From assembly GCF_006345805.1 (NCBI RefSeq), contig NC_042997.1, forward strand, positions 61,132,001 to 61,196,000: 64,000 nt of DNA, in the 5' to 3' direction. The DNA is from Octopus sinensis. Taxonomy: Eukaryota. This document shows positions 26,126 through 40,336 of the stretch, piece after piece. Numbering within the stretch: position 1 is the first letter of the stretch; each line of letters begins with the position of its first letter. The position numbers and the translations under genes were made by a program. The notes under the pieces were generated by a model. The model saw only the letters and a list, made by a program, of their open reading frames with translations. It had not been told where the DNA came from and ran no database searches.

Positions 26126-28465
26126 GTTGACTTTGCCTCTTGTTATTCTGGGAAAAGTGTTGGTGATAGTCAATATAATATGTCTGGTTTGCTTTAATTC
26201 TTTTGATATCAGCCTGCTTGAAACTATCTCTAGTTCAGTTATAGAAGCCTTTCCATCTAATAGACTCATATCCAAATTAAAACTTTCCTTCATAATTTTA
26301 TGTAAGCATTTTTATGTTCCAAACAATAGCTTAATTATTTACTCAATTTACTAATTACCATCAAATTCTTTGAATTTGCAAGTAATTTCATTATTGCAAC
26401 TTGGGGAAAGATAGAATGTGTTTACATTACTGGTAATGATCTTGACATGTTCTTATGATAAACAATGTTGAGGATGGCTGCCTGACAGAAAGTCTAAAAG
26501 TTTGTAAGCAAACAGCTGAATATTTGAAGTAGTTATTTTACTAAATCCTTTAAAATTCTTAGTTATTTTCCTAATTAAAATTTTCCTCTTCCCCTCCCCT
26601 CCTCCTCCTCCTCATCATCACTACCAGCACCACCACTGCTGCCACTGCCACCACTACAACTGCTGCTGCTACTGCTACCACCACCACTACTATCATCATC
26701 ATCATCGTCATCATTCTATATCTGCTTTTCATCACAGTTTGAATCAGTGCTTGTTCATAGTTCCTGCCTTCTTAGATGCCTTGCAGGACAGGAAGTTCAT
26801 CACACTTGTCCATTTTTATTTTGGTATGAATCCAATGACAGAATGTACCTCCTAACATTAACCACTTTACAGAGAGTCCTAGATGAACTTTATCATGGAA
26901 CCAGTACTAGAGAAGTTATTTAGTATGCAGGCAGGTATCCATCACTGCTCAGCTCTTACTCTACTTCCATTAAATTAAGGCTAAAGATAATCATTGAATT
27001 TAGGAATTAGAAAATTCCTACAGTATTTCAGTCAAAGGTACTTCTTACTAATATTTAGTGAAATGGCCTCCCCCACCCACACAGAAATCCTATTAATACA
27101 ACTAAAACTGATCCATAATTCTATTAGCTGTTAATTTAGTCACTGGACCAAGAAATCTATCAAAAATTTCATGTTAGCCAAGCAAAGTTAATAATTGATG
27201 CTTGCAGAACTCTGCAAACTCAACCAGCAGAATTTAAGGTCAGTTATCACTGGGAGCTCCTGCATGCTGGTAACTTAGCTTTTATAACAGAATCTTTAGA
27301 AGATTTGGAGCAGAAATTCCAGAAATGGAAGTAAAAACTTAAAATACACTCAGCAAAAACAAGTTTTTGTTGGAAGGAAGACAGGATCCTGATACCTCTT
27401 GAAAAAAATTTGTGCTCCATATGCAGAAAAGGTATTGGGAGAAATCCTATATGGTTGGTAGAAATTCTACATGAGAATCTACTTCATTAAAAAAATATTG
27501 TCACAAAAGGTTTAATCAACTGCTGTATCTTACAGAAAATGTGGCCTTGTGTCCATGTTAGAAATCATTATGTTAGATAATATCTACAGAAGTGAATATT
27601 GCTTGACATTAAAGAAATTAAGTGCTATTTCCAGAAGATATTTGCAATGCATCAATCAGTAGGATTATTTCTAATGATAGCCTTATTATTTTATTCTTGT
27701 GGCCATTGGTACATTCCTATTTGTTGTATGTAATAAATGAAATCAAATTTAGGATTTCATTTATGATACTTAATAAATACTTAATCATATGTCTGACTAT
27801 TTTAAATCTTTATATAATAATTTGTCAACATTGCATGTATTATATTCTATGAAATGAAAGAAGCATGACAGAAAGTTAATTTGTCCTTTATTGGTTTAGA
27901 CTGTCATAGCAACAAATGTATTCTTCGTACTGGAGCAGAATCTAAGTTGTCGTTTATTTGCAGAAACTTCTGAATCTTCTTGTCAATGGGTTAACCATAT
28001 GAAGTGAGGCATAGTGCTAATGTTCCATCTGCCAATTATCAAATAAACATTAATCTATCCTTAAGAAAGACTATGATAATGATTATAATAGTAATAATTC
28101 ATTTTGATTATCATCATCATTGTCATTACCACCACCACAACACTCACCTCCACCCCTACCACCACCACCCAAATCGCCAACTGTCATCATTACAATCACT
28201 GTCATTGGCATTGTTGTTTTTGTTGTTTGATAGTTCCTGTTTCTGCTCAAGTAGGATGGGTCTACATTATAGCATTTCCGTATTAATCTTAATACATCAT
28301 CTTATCATTGCAGCTCAACAAATACTAGATTAGTGGTTGGTAGATTGCATTGTAGTGTGCACTAGTAAGGATTTACATATTACATATTAAATGTGTGTCC
28401 ATATTAAATAGTCATTAAAATCTGTTTCATGTTTTTCCAGCAGTGGTAACTGAGTTATGGAGTTA

Positions 28466-28783
28466 TGCAGAATCAGTAGAGTATTGGTTTAAAAATAATG
28501 CCATGCAAAATTTAGTTATGTCAAGGTGGTGAACTGGCAAAATTGTTAACACGTCAGGCAAAATACTTTGTGGTATTTTGTTTGTCTTTATGTTCTGAGT
28601 TCAAATTCTGCTGAGGTCAACTTTGCCTTTCATCCTTTCAGGGTCGATAAAAGATGTACCAGTTGAATACTGGGGTCAATGTAATCAATTTAACCCCTGC
28701 CTGTAAATTGCTGGCCATGTGCCAAAATTTGAAACCAATATTTAGTTATGTCACTTTACATTTGAAGTTCAAATCTTACTGGG
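28466..28783 (+). repeat. 318-bp local duplication, copy 2
   Basis: Offset 2658 bp from copy 1 at both ends. Confidence 0.92.
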
Positions 28784-31700
28784 TTTCTATTATAGCAACC
28801 AGAAAGCAAGGAGCATATGCAAACAGGTTGAGAGCAGGCTATAGCAGAAAACAAGTCACATATGGGGGATATCTTGAATCACTAGTATGCCCCACTTTGA
28901 TTCAAATAGATACAGAATAATTCATGATACTGATGATGCAATAATCAGCTGGCTCTCAAATGTAAATTTAGAGATATGAGAAATACCTTATGAAACAACA
29001 ACTAACTTAAAGTTGGTATTCAACACCTCTAATGATAGTGGCTACTTCAAACATAGTGGTTGCTATTTAAATGATATTTTATTTTATTGAATTCTGAAGA
29101 ATGAATAATAAAGTTGATCTCAGCAGGATTAGGACCGAGAACATAAAAGAAGACAACCAAAAATATCACAAAATATTTTGATTGGTTCCACTACAAAATC
29201 CACTCCTTGTTGTTGTGTGGTAGCTTGTGTTACTCAATGATCCTGAGTGTTAAGAAAGCAGAATACAAAATCCTGGCAGAGCTTCTGTCAAGTCTAATGT
29301 TTATTTATTTACATTGTTTCAGGTTAATCATGCATTACCTTATAGCTCCGAGATTCCAATAATGTGATTGTTTATTTTTAGAATAATATTGTAGGGTAGG
29401 TGTGAAAGGCCTGTTCTGGCCTATTTCAACATAAAATGGGTAGAATATTTGGGCCGGATATGGTCAGTTTAAATGCTAAAGGGTTGAAGTTCTCCCAAGA
29501 CTGTTTCTATTTTTGCTCTTTCTGAGGTCAATAAAATATATCTCTTTGGCAAAAGAGACTGATAGCATAAATATCAGACTTAAATATATAAGTATTGGTT
29601 TTGATTTGTCTGAGTAAAACTCTTCAGGGTGGTGCCTGGGCATGGCTACAGTCCAGTGACTAAAACAAGCAAAAGTAAAATTGAAAGTAAACCACAAACC
29701 ATCACTAGTTTCTCTGGATCCTTAAATGTAGAATAATTTATTTGATAAAGCAGTTGTTTCTGAAGATGGATGACTTTCCTACTTCTGACCACTCAGCCAT
29801 GAAGTGGAGAGCTGTGTCTCTTTTCGTTCACTTGGGGAAAACTGATGCCAAGAGTACTATACAATGAAGGTAGTATGTTCAACCCCCTCCCTTATGACTA
29901 TGTGGTCAGTAGTCCAGCAGCTTGACTCCACAGTAATTGTCCATCATATATGCGCATAAGAAATTAATATATCAAAGTGTGAAAATAATTTGTGAACACT
30001 CCAATATAAGCTGCTTACCAATTGTTATTGAAGAATAAAAAGCTAATAGAATTTTGTCTGGACTTTATCTCAGTCACTGAATTTGGTGTGTTTAGTTTCT
30101 AATTATTTTGAAACATCAAAGCATCTTCTTTTCTTGTGTGACACTTAATGAGCAAATGCAGATTGAACAAATTGAAGTCTGAATAAACTGTGGGCTGAAT
30201 ATAAGGGGAATTCCTAAAATTAATCTCACTTCATTATATAACCGCCTGCTTAAACCTATCAGCAAATAAAGTGATTATAAGAAATTGAGGATGATAATGA
30301 TATCATTGTCATTATATCTTTGTTTCCATCTCAAACATTGTTCTAGGATTCACTTGACTTAAACAAGTGCATAAGAGAAACAACAGCTGCTCTCTGACCT
30401 TGTGTCTTTGCTGTAGTCATCACTGGAGCCTAAAACTCATGAGTCAACAAGAGAATCTCTATGCGATCACTTTACCTACTAGAAATATCAGTCAAACCTC
30501 CCTTAACTTTCACCATACTCATTATATAAAGATAGTATGCAGCAGATAATGTACTCTTACATTTTCCTAAAATTGTTTAACAGTATTGCGTTACCAAATA
30601 CTTGGTATCTGGATTCACTTGAGATACATTCCTGATAGAATGTGTTAATTTATCTCTTTGCTTTTCTTTCACTGTAATTAGGCCTTGGATTTGATTATTG
30701 TTAACTTATCCTATTGCAGGCAGCTGGAAATACGTAATCTTTTCATTTGAATAGTTGAAATGGACGGTATCAGCTTTGAAAAATCTGCTGTTACAATTTG
30801 GGGAAATATTTATATTTGTAGAATTACCTGATCCCACAAATAGTAAAATGCTAGTAAAAAATGTAATAAGTAAGACTACATAAACATGCTTATGATATTT
30901 GTTACTTCTTAAAAGTTTTAAGTTAAATTTAAAAAAATCTTTATATAGATTTCTATAAACAGTGAAAACAGGCAGGTTTTCAAAATGTATAACTTGGGTA
31001 TGTATGTTTACAAAATTTTGCCTGAGGTTTGTGTGGAGATAAACTTTTCTTTTTTTCAAAGTCGTTCTAGTTTTAATTCAGTGGTATAGAGTCAAACTGA
31101 CCATGAAGTAGATGTGTAAATACATAATTTGATACCTAATGTGTAATAACCATTTACTACAAAGTAAAACAAATGGAACATAATTGCATCAGTGTGTATT
31201 TTAGAAGGATTATGACTGACTTTACCGCTGTGTGATTCTTGCCTATTTTTTTTCATTCTGGTACTGAATAATAAGACGACATAAAATTTATCTTGAAAGA
31301 TAATACAACTTGGATTGCTGCCAAACGGAAGAAAGACTACAAAAATAAGTGTATGATATTTAACAACGACACAAATAACTTCTTTTATTTCTATCTAATA
31401 GAACAAGCAACACAAATATGGTTTGTTTAACTATGCAACCTTTCACCTCTACTGCATCACCTGACATAGTTTAGCGTTAATTTATAGGTCTAAGGAGGAG
31501 AAGGAAAATGTATCTGCTGAATATATAATGTTTATAATACATACTTCCTAACAACTACATCACTTCATGTCATGTCTCGTGAATCAAAGAATTTAATCAT
31601 GATAAAAATTAGCTACATAGAATATAAACCTTGTTTACTGTGTTTCATATTTAACACATATTTAAAAATCTGTCTCCTTTTCTTTGCCATCATCACCATC

Positions 31701-32624
31701 ATCATCATCATCATCATCACTCTGCTACTGGCTCCCAAGCATCCCCCCCACCCCAACAACAACTCAAAGTCATCATAGATATTATCATCAACGAAAGACT
31801 AACATGCTCAGCAGCAGCAGCACCGCCACTCCCATTACTGTTATTGCCTTTATTATCATTGCTAATACCACTATTATTGCTAATCAACAACATCATCATT
31901 ATTGTTGTTGCTGTTGTTGCCGTCATCATCATCATTATCATTATTTCTTCCACAATGATTGCCAATCATCATCATCATTATGATTATCATTTACTACCAG
32001 TACGACTAACACAGAATCAGTCATAGCCACCATCACTGAACCATCATTATCATTATATTACATAAATCCAACCACCACCACCCTCTTTAATGTAGAGTAG
32101 GGAGTTAGTAAGGAATTCCTGCACTGGATATTGCAAAAAAAAAAAAAGATAAATAAAAATATTAAAAAAAAAACAACAAAAATGGTTTTCCAGACAAGTC
32201 TTCCTAGTAGCAATTGTGGTGCAAATATTTTCATGCATCCAATATTTAATCATGTCTAAATTCATCCAGTCATCTTTTTTCTTTGTCATCCTCTTAATAT
32301 GTTATGTTTCATTCATTTCCCATGAAAAGCAGTGAGAAGAAACAAGAAAAAAATAGAAAAGAAAAATTTGAGAGAGAAAAGGCAGAGTACCTGTTTAAAT
32401 GCTCTCTTATATTTTACTTACAACTTTTAGATTTTTATTCAAGGTTATAAAGTAAGTGCCAATGATATGCTGAGATCAATTAAATTGATTATACCCTGGG
32501 TCAAATTTATATAAGGGCCAATATGGGTCATGGCTGAGGAGCCCCTTTAACTTAGATAAGCTCTGGAGTCAAAAACAGAAAAATATACTAACAGCAAACA
32601 AATAATTTGTAATTTTTATTTATT

Positions 32625-32975
32625 TATCTTTTATTTGTTTCAGTCATTAGACTGTGGCCATGCTGGGGCACCACCTTGAAGAAATTTTAGTTGAATGAAT
32701 TGAACCCAGTACTTATTTTTTTGTCGAACTGCTAAGCTATAGGAATGTAAACAGATCAACACCAGTGGTGGTGGGGAACAAGCACAGTCACAGTGAAACA
32801 CATACACACGTATATAATGGGCTTCTTTCAGTTTCTGTCTACCAAATCCACTCACAAGGATTTAGTTGGTGCAAGGCTGCAATAGAAGACCCTTGCCTGG
32901 GGTGTCATTTAGTGAGACTGAATCTTGAATCATGTGGTTGGGAAGCATGCTTCTTATCACACAGCCATGCCTGTG
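32625..32975 (-). mobile_element. tRNA-derived SINE family A
   Basis: Reverse complement of the 57555-57970 family. Further minus copies at about 10900-11170, 43845-44112, 52540-52912, 54125-54490 and 56060-56482. Confidence 0.85.
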
Positions 32976-33509
32976 CTTATATTATTAACTCAACTTTTTA
33001 ATCCAATAGAGTTCTTTTTAAATTATTGAGCTTTCTTTTGATTTATTGGACCTTTTTAGAATTAAAAAGCCATTAAATTTAATTGACTCCCTCTGAATCA
33101 GCTGAGGCCTTTTTAAGTTTTGGGGCCTCTTCAAACTATATGGGGCCTCTAGATTTGATAGGACTCTCTTTATTATCTGATTATGTTTTGAATTAGCAAA
33201 TACATAGTGGTATCCAAAATGTATTGGCTCAGGGACCCCACTAATCCAGCTCTGATTATACTCAGCCTTTTGTAGCGCTAGTGTTACACGGAAGTTAATT
33301 ATAATTTTTCAGCTGCATTTTCACATGTATAGAGAAGATAATGGCTGGAGGAACTTGAGGGAAAAAATTACTAAGGGAGAGAGATGCAGGCATAGCTGTG
33401 AGACTTGGAAGTTTATTTCTAAATTACATGGCTTCAGGTTCAGTCCCACTGCTTGGGAAAATAGTCTTTCCTTTGTTGAAACAGATATTGATATATTTGT
33501 TATGTTTTA

Positions 33510-33990
33510 GCTAATCGAAATCAAATTCGATGACTGGCATCCATGCTAGTGAAGCACTAAGAGTACCATATGAGTGTGATTGTTGCCAGAGCAATAAACT
33601 GGCCGCCGTGCCGGTGGCATGTAAAAAGACCATTTGAGCATGATCATTACCTGCGTTGCCTTACTGGCACTTGTGCTGGTGACACGTGAAAAAAAATTTG
33701 AGCAAGGTCATTGCCAGTACCACAGGACTGGCTCATGTGCAGGTGGCACATAAAAAGCACCATTTGAGTGTGGCCGTTGCCAGTACTGCCTGACTGGCCC
33801 TCATGCCAGTGGCACATAAAAGCACCCACTACACTCTCGGAGTGGTTGGCATTAGGAAGGGCATCCAGCTGTAGAAACTTGGCCAGATCAGATTGGAGTC
33901 TGGTGCAGCCATTTGCTTCGCCAGACCTCAGTCAAATCGTCCAACCCATGCTAGCATGGAAAGCAGATGTTACACGATAATGATGATGAT
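33510..33990 (+). mobile_element. SINE family D with internal GTGCCRGTGGCACRTAAAA repeats and RTE-like tail
   Basis: Repeated GTGGCACATAAAA(A)GCACC units, then GGCATTAGGAAGGGCATCCAG...CCCATGCTAGCATGGAAAG and a (GAT)n tail. Confidence 0.8.
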
Positions 33991-34401
33991 GACTATGTAC
34001 TTGGTCTTCACTTCAGCTTTATTATTATTCTAATTTTACTGAGCTTTGTCTGAAATCTTTCGTCATCTGGTGACCTCTTCAGTGTATCTCATCCTGTTCT
34101 GTTAAGATTTTAAATCGATCAGTAATGTAATAGAAGACAAATAATTAAATTTATTATATGCGAAACTGGTGCATTACTTTTGACCAAGTTTTATGTTAAT
34201 CTTAGTTGAGTGGAATACATATATTATGTTATATCTTTTATATTTTACTTATTTCAGTCACTGAACTGCGCCATGTTGGGGCAGCACCACGAAGGATTTA
34301 ATCTAAAAAATTGATCCAAGTACTTATATTTTAAGTCTGGTACTTATTCTAGTCTTTTTTTTTTTTGCTGAACAGCTGAGTTATGGGGATAACAAACGAA
34401 C

Positions 34402-34645
34402 TTATTGTGTACAGTGCTCTGGTGCACAACAATTCATGAGAAAAAGTAGCCAAAAGTGTATGAATAGTACATAGAATAATGCATGGGGAAGTGAACAGTG
34501 AATGAGTCATTTATAAAAAAAAAAGTGCATATACTGTTCGTGAATTTCAGGAAGCATGGATGTTTTGAAGGATGTAGTGTCCCGACAACTAACAACTGGA
34601 GCAGATAGTTTATTCCACGCTTCAACAATTCTGAGTGTAAAAAGC
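34402..34645 (-). mobile_element. CR1-like LINE 3' fragment
   Basis: FTLRIVEAWNKLSAPVVSCRDTTSFK, with the same 3' end (GAGCACTGTACACAAT) as 24756-25119. Confidence 0.82.
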
Positions 34646-37600
34646 ATGTCCATGAGTGTTAGACAATAATCACTCAAAGCCACACACAAACAAACATACA
34701 CACACACAGATACATACAGACACATACAACAATCTTCCACATAGTTTCTATTCACCAATTTCATTCAAAAGGTATTGGTTGGCCTGGGACTGTAGAAGAT
34801 ACTTGCCCAAGGTGATGTGCAGTGGGTCTAAACTCAAAACCATGTGACTGCAAAGCAAGCTTCTTAACCACATAGCCACACCTATGCCTGTAATATTCAA
34901 GTCAGTGGGGGGACTATAAGAACTTAACAAGGCAGTTTTTTACGTCATCAACCTATTAATCCCTACACCCAGCCAAATCACATGCCACTGCATTAGAAAG
35001 GAAGGAAAGGCATATTGGATAAGATAATCCTTTATGCACTGACTTTTCTTGTAGTCTTTGATAGTTGAAGGAGTTGATAAACGTTTGAAAGTTCTTGTAA
35101 TGACTGTACCCTCCTCAGCATTAAGCTTGGTCAAAAGAAATATTTCTACTTATTGAATAATAGCTTAAGTTATTTTGTTTCAATAAATACTACTATTTGT
35201 TCAAGTGGTGATGAACTTCAAATACTGCAAAAAAAAAAAAAAATTGACAGGCATGGCTGCATAGTTATGAATCTCACTTTAAAACCATGCAGTCTTAAGT
35301 TCAGTCCTGTTTTATGGCACTTTGAGCAAGTGTCTTCTACAGTAACCAATGCCTTATTAGTGAATTTGGTAAAGAGAAAAGTGTGTAGAAGCCCTTCATA
35401 TATATATAAGGTGAGCTGGCAGAATCATTAGCATGCTGGGCAAAATGCTTAGTGGCATTTTGTCTATCTTTATGTTTTCAGTTCAAATGCCATCGAGGTC
35501 AACTTTCCCATTCATCCTTTCAGGGTTGATAAAATATGTACCCGTTGAGCACTGGGGTCAATTTAATTGCCTTAGCCCCTTCCCTGAAACTGCTGACCTT
35601 GTGCCAAAATTTGAAACCTGTATATATGTGTGTGTGTCTTTGTTATTTGTCCCCACCACTACTTGACAACTGGTTTATTTACATTTCAATAACTTAGTGG
35701 TTTGGCAAAATGGACTGGTAGAATAATACCTGGCTTAAAAAATAAGTACTGAGATCAATTTGTTTGACTAAGCCCTTAAAGGCTGTACCCCAGCATGGTT
35801 GCAGTATAATAACTAAAATAAGTAAAATATAAAAGTTGACCTGTTTACTCCAACAACTAAGTTAATATGCAGATTTCTTTTTCTATTTCTTTCTTTTTTT
35901 TGTAAAGTTAGAATTTTGCTAAAACATCTGGATGTTCACAGCTGAACTACTTTTCCTCATTAATCTGTTTGATTTGGATTAGACATACTCTGTATCAATG
36001 GGTTTTCAAGTTCTTTTTCTTCTGCTATAGAGTCATACGCAGCAGTGCTGGCTTACTCCATGTGAAGAATATAGTGTAAAATGGTTGGAATACCATAAAA
36101 AGGATACCTGACATATATTATTTGTTATAAATCCCACAATGGTCAACTTTGCCGTCCACCCTTCTAGGGTTGATAAAATTAAGTATCAGTTAAGTACACT
36201 AGTTGATATAATTCACTGTTACCCCTTCCTAAATTTTTAACCTTGTACCTATGTAACAAACAAAATTCATTAAATTTAATATTACATTTTCAATGAGCTG
36301 GATACATTAAGCTCTTTCTAACAAGTAACTCAATTCCAGGTACAATTTCAGAAAGTCATATTCACATTTGACTATGTTGCACAAAATTTGCTTTTGCTTA
36401 TAAACATTGCTGTAAAACTTACACAGCCATACAATTATTTTTGTGTGTAACCCTACAAGTATGCATAACTCAGCTTGAGAAACCCTACACTAAATGATAA
36501 AACAGCAGCCAACCCTCTTTCAAATCATACCCTATTTTCCTACTTTCTTAAAAAAAGGAAATGACATACAGGTCGTTGTAATCTTATATGTACTAAAAAA
36601 ATAATAAAGACAGTGATGGTCACAGGTAGAATGGCTGGTCACACGTCTTTCAGGACTGATCTAATAAATAACAACAAAAATGAGGAAAAAGTTAATGGCT
36701 CTAAGTAAATTCCGTGCTGTAATCAACTCCAGTACATTTTCCATTGACACATGAAGCAAAGTTAAATCGGGTAAGCAGAATAAAAATGAATACCAAAATT
36801 TATGAATGGGTCTCAAACTGATAACTATATTGACCATTCTGTATGAGCATTCATTTGAGTGTCGCTATTATTTTTTGAAAACAGAAATCACAAGTAAATG
36901 AGTAAAGAGAGAATTCTGTATTATAATCGGTGGCTATAACTGTGCATGAGTTGTGTCATAGTGAGATACCAAATATATATATATAAAGGAAAACAGCCTT
37001 CATCATTTAGTGATGACAAATTAATTTTTTTGTCTATATTACTAAGGAACCTTATTTGTCTACATACGCCAAAGGCACGATAAATGCAATTTTAATTCCA
37101 TCTAAGAAATACATTGTTGACAAACAATAATGTTACTTTAAGCATATGTATATGAAATAAATAAGAAAATAATATATTTTAATCAACTATATTTTACTAC
37201 ACTTTTCGTCTTCCGTAAGTATTATTTGCCAATCAAAACCATTAACTTTCAGCTCCTTGGATACCGGAAGCTCTTTCTGATTACACTGCTCTAAAGTTTC
37301 TCGTGTTATTTTCTTCATGTTCTTACAAAATAGGATATACGTGGCTATAAAGGTAGGGATGTTGCTCATCTTTCAAGCTATCGCTAACTCTTTAAAAATA
37401 GTTTCAGGTTAAAATAAAATGCTGTTTATTTATACATCTCCCTGAAAGGTTCTTGAGACTGACACTTGCTTTGACGGTGGTAACGTGTATTTGTGTTGCG
37501 TGTGTATAAACACACATATAGACATGTGTATGTAGGCACGCTGATAGTAGTGAGAGAATGTTTAATTGTTTTCGTTCTGAATAGCAGCAGATAGATTGTC

Positions 37601-39404
37601 GGAGATAATTAACACTATAAACAAAAAGAGCTCACCAACCCGTACACGAAATAAAGAGATATCTTTTTATTTTATTTTAATTATGAAATATCAGGCTTTG
37701 TTAAATACTACTGCTACTTCCCTCTGCATCTCGTATGTGTTGATTATAAAAAATAAAAAAAACATTTCTTTCCCGCCCACTTTCAAAAAACATTCATTCA
37801 TGATAAGGATAATTACTTTATAATATTAATGATAAGTAATTTGATTATCTTTTGCATTATTAGGATTGGATCGGAATTTTTTTTGCCCCTTGTTTTCTTT
37901 TTTGGATATAGATTGCGTACGAATTATGAGAAGCTGTGACAGTTTTCAACCTCACTTAACCGAGTGTAGATTAAAATTCCATTAGCTAAAAACTTACCAA
38001 TCCGACTATACTAGTCCTAATGAAGAAAATGTACGTTGCTTCACCGGCTAGAAATAGCAACAAAATCTTCCATTCACACCCTACATCATAAATAAATATA
38101 TGTTAAACAAGGTTTTCCACCATAAACTAGACGGGATTATCATGGTTGCACATAGGTTCGCTTAAACAGTGTTTACCCGTGGCTAACACATGTAGTCTGT
38201 AATAGGTTGAAGCTGCTTGTAACAGAAAACAGCGGTACTTCTATGTAGTTTTTTTAATTTTTATTTTTCTGTATTGTACATACACACCTACATACAACAC
38301 ACCTGTTTATACACACATACAGACATCATACATACATACATAAAGACAGATATACATCATCTTTTCAATATTCACTTTTCCTTGCTTGCATCGGTCATAG
38401 GTTGAGCTCGATTTTCTTCGGCCGGACACCCTTCCTGTCGACCAACCCTTTCATGTTTCCAAGTCAGATATTTCTTCTCGTCCTTCGAATATATATGCAT
38501 TTTTAAAGATATATATTTGTTGACGTTCTGCGAGTAGCCTTCAACATTTTTTTTAATATGCAAAGGGTTTTTAACCCAATATTTACACATTATTTATAGC
38601 TTTATCTGCTTTGTGTTCCACCGTTCAAAAAAAAAAGTGTGTGTATGATCGTGACATACCTACACAAGTGTGTCCCGCTCTGCCGGCTTTGTTTCCTCAT
38701 AACTTTTAGAAAAATGGATATTTTTAAATGACATTTTCTACAAATATGGTTCAGATAGTGTAGATTACGATTATATCAGAATTTGTTGTGGAAAAGTTTT
38801 TCCGAGGGTGTGGAGAGGAATTTTGGAAAATTCGCACGAGCCAGCTTGTTTGCCAACACAGATCAACACTAACCTCTTTTGAGCCTATTTGATCAGTTAG
38901 TCGGCCCATGACTATAGTAGAAGACACTTGCCCAAGGTATCGCGCGGTGGGACTGAACCCGAGGCAGCATGGTTGAGAAACAAGCTTCTTGCCATGCAAC
39001 TAAGCATGAGCCCATCCACCCACTCATAGATAGATACAACCCCTCCCCCATAAAGATAAAACAAGTAAACAATTGGTATCAAGTCAGATTATGACATTTA
39101 TATATAAACATTGGCGCAACATGAGGGTAGAATTGAACGTTGCGAAAGATTAGACTACAAGATCAGTTGAGGAATGTTTATAATGGTTTTGCTAGTATTC
39201 CCCTGGAATACGGTAAGACCAAATTATTGCCATTAGGTGAAGCTGGATGAGAAGGTGTACAGATAGTCTCTTACAGCTGTTTCACGAATAGATGTGCAGG
39301 TAGTGCATTTCCATACAATCAATCGGTAACTTACGTTATGGCAATCTATTCAGTCAGAGAAAGGATGAGATAGGACATGCATACGTGTGTGTCTGTATGT
39401 ATGT

Positions 39405-39600
39405 AGGGCCATGATAGATCGTTAGCCACTACACACACTTTTTTCTCTCCTTGTTTTTTCTGCGTACCTTTCTGTAGAAGAGCGTAGGCTCGAAACGTAA
39501 AAGACTTTTTCTATTCCTGAGCGTTATACTAATACATCTGTTTGTTTTGTACACCACCTGTCTTCGTCTTTTGTTTTGTTTTTTTCGTTAACTTTCCCTA
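39405..39600 (+). mobile_element. Short element with variant minimal hammerhead motif
   Basis: CTTT-CTGTAGA-A-GAGC(GTAG)GCTC-GAAACGT-A-AAAG at 39468-39503. Ends at (TA)n. Element boundaries are approximate. Confidence 0.55.
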
Positions 39601-39691
39601 TATATACATGAAAAATCGTGCGGGTGTTAATCTGTAATTTTACCAAAAAGTCAAGGTAGAAAATGCTGAAATAATTTTATAAAAAACATTT

Positions 39692-39727
39692 CAGTACCGG
39701 TTTCGGTCATTGAGACTTTTTCAACTG
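39692..39727 (-). ncRNA. Minimal type I hammerhead with U3-A8 core variant
   Basis: Minus strand CAG-TTGAAAA-A-GTC(TCAAT)GAC-C-GAA-ACCGGT-A-CTG. Confidence 0.55.
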
Positions 39728-40067
39728 TAAGTATGGAAAGCAATTAAATTTTGTAAAAATTAAATGATAAGTATTATTTTAAAAGAATATTTCCATAGTA
39801 TTCAAATACAAGATGCATTTTCCTTGTTTCTGCCTGTCTCTGTCTCTCTTGTTTACTCTGTATATATATTGGCACACACATTATCCAATACAATTATTGT
39901 TTAGTCATAAAGATATACATTACAGAAAATTAAACGCCAAACGATATACTAGAACAATTTGTGTGTGTGTGTGAGAGAGAGAGAGAGAGTATGTATTTGT
40001 ATATATTGTTTATATACGTATCCTTCTATATATGTATAGTTTCTATGTATAACATGTATAGTATTTC

Positions 40068-40122
<55 letters not shown>

Positions 40123-40336
40123 CAATTTCTTGTTAAGTTTTCCTTATTAAGTAGTTGTCCTTAATTGCTAAATTTTTATTCCGAAAAAACTTTTCCTCTC
40201 CCGAAATGCAATTCGTAAAAGTTTGCCATTCATCCGGATATAGTATATATAAATTCACCCATGTGCTTCGTTGATGTTGATCAGTTAGCTGATCGGCTTA
40301 AGCGAAGCAGGGTCGTTGTTTATTTATAGTATATTC

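Noticed and set aside
30706-31059. 117-aa minus-strand ORF
   Set aside because: AT-biased composition, no ATG start, no motif and no consistent splice-site pair.
37187-37369. 60-aa minus-strand ORF in unique sequence
   Set aside because: No recognisable domain and no convincing donor site, so it cannot be supported as CDS.
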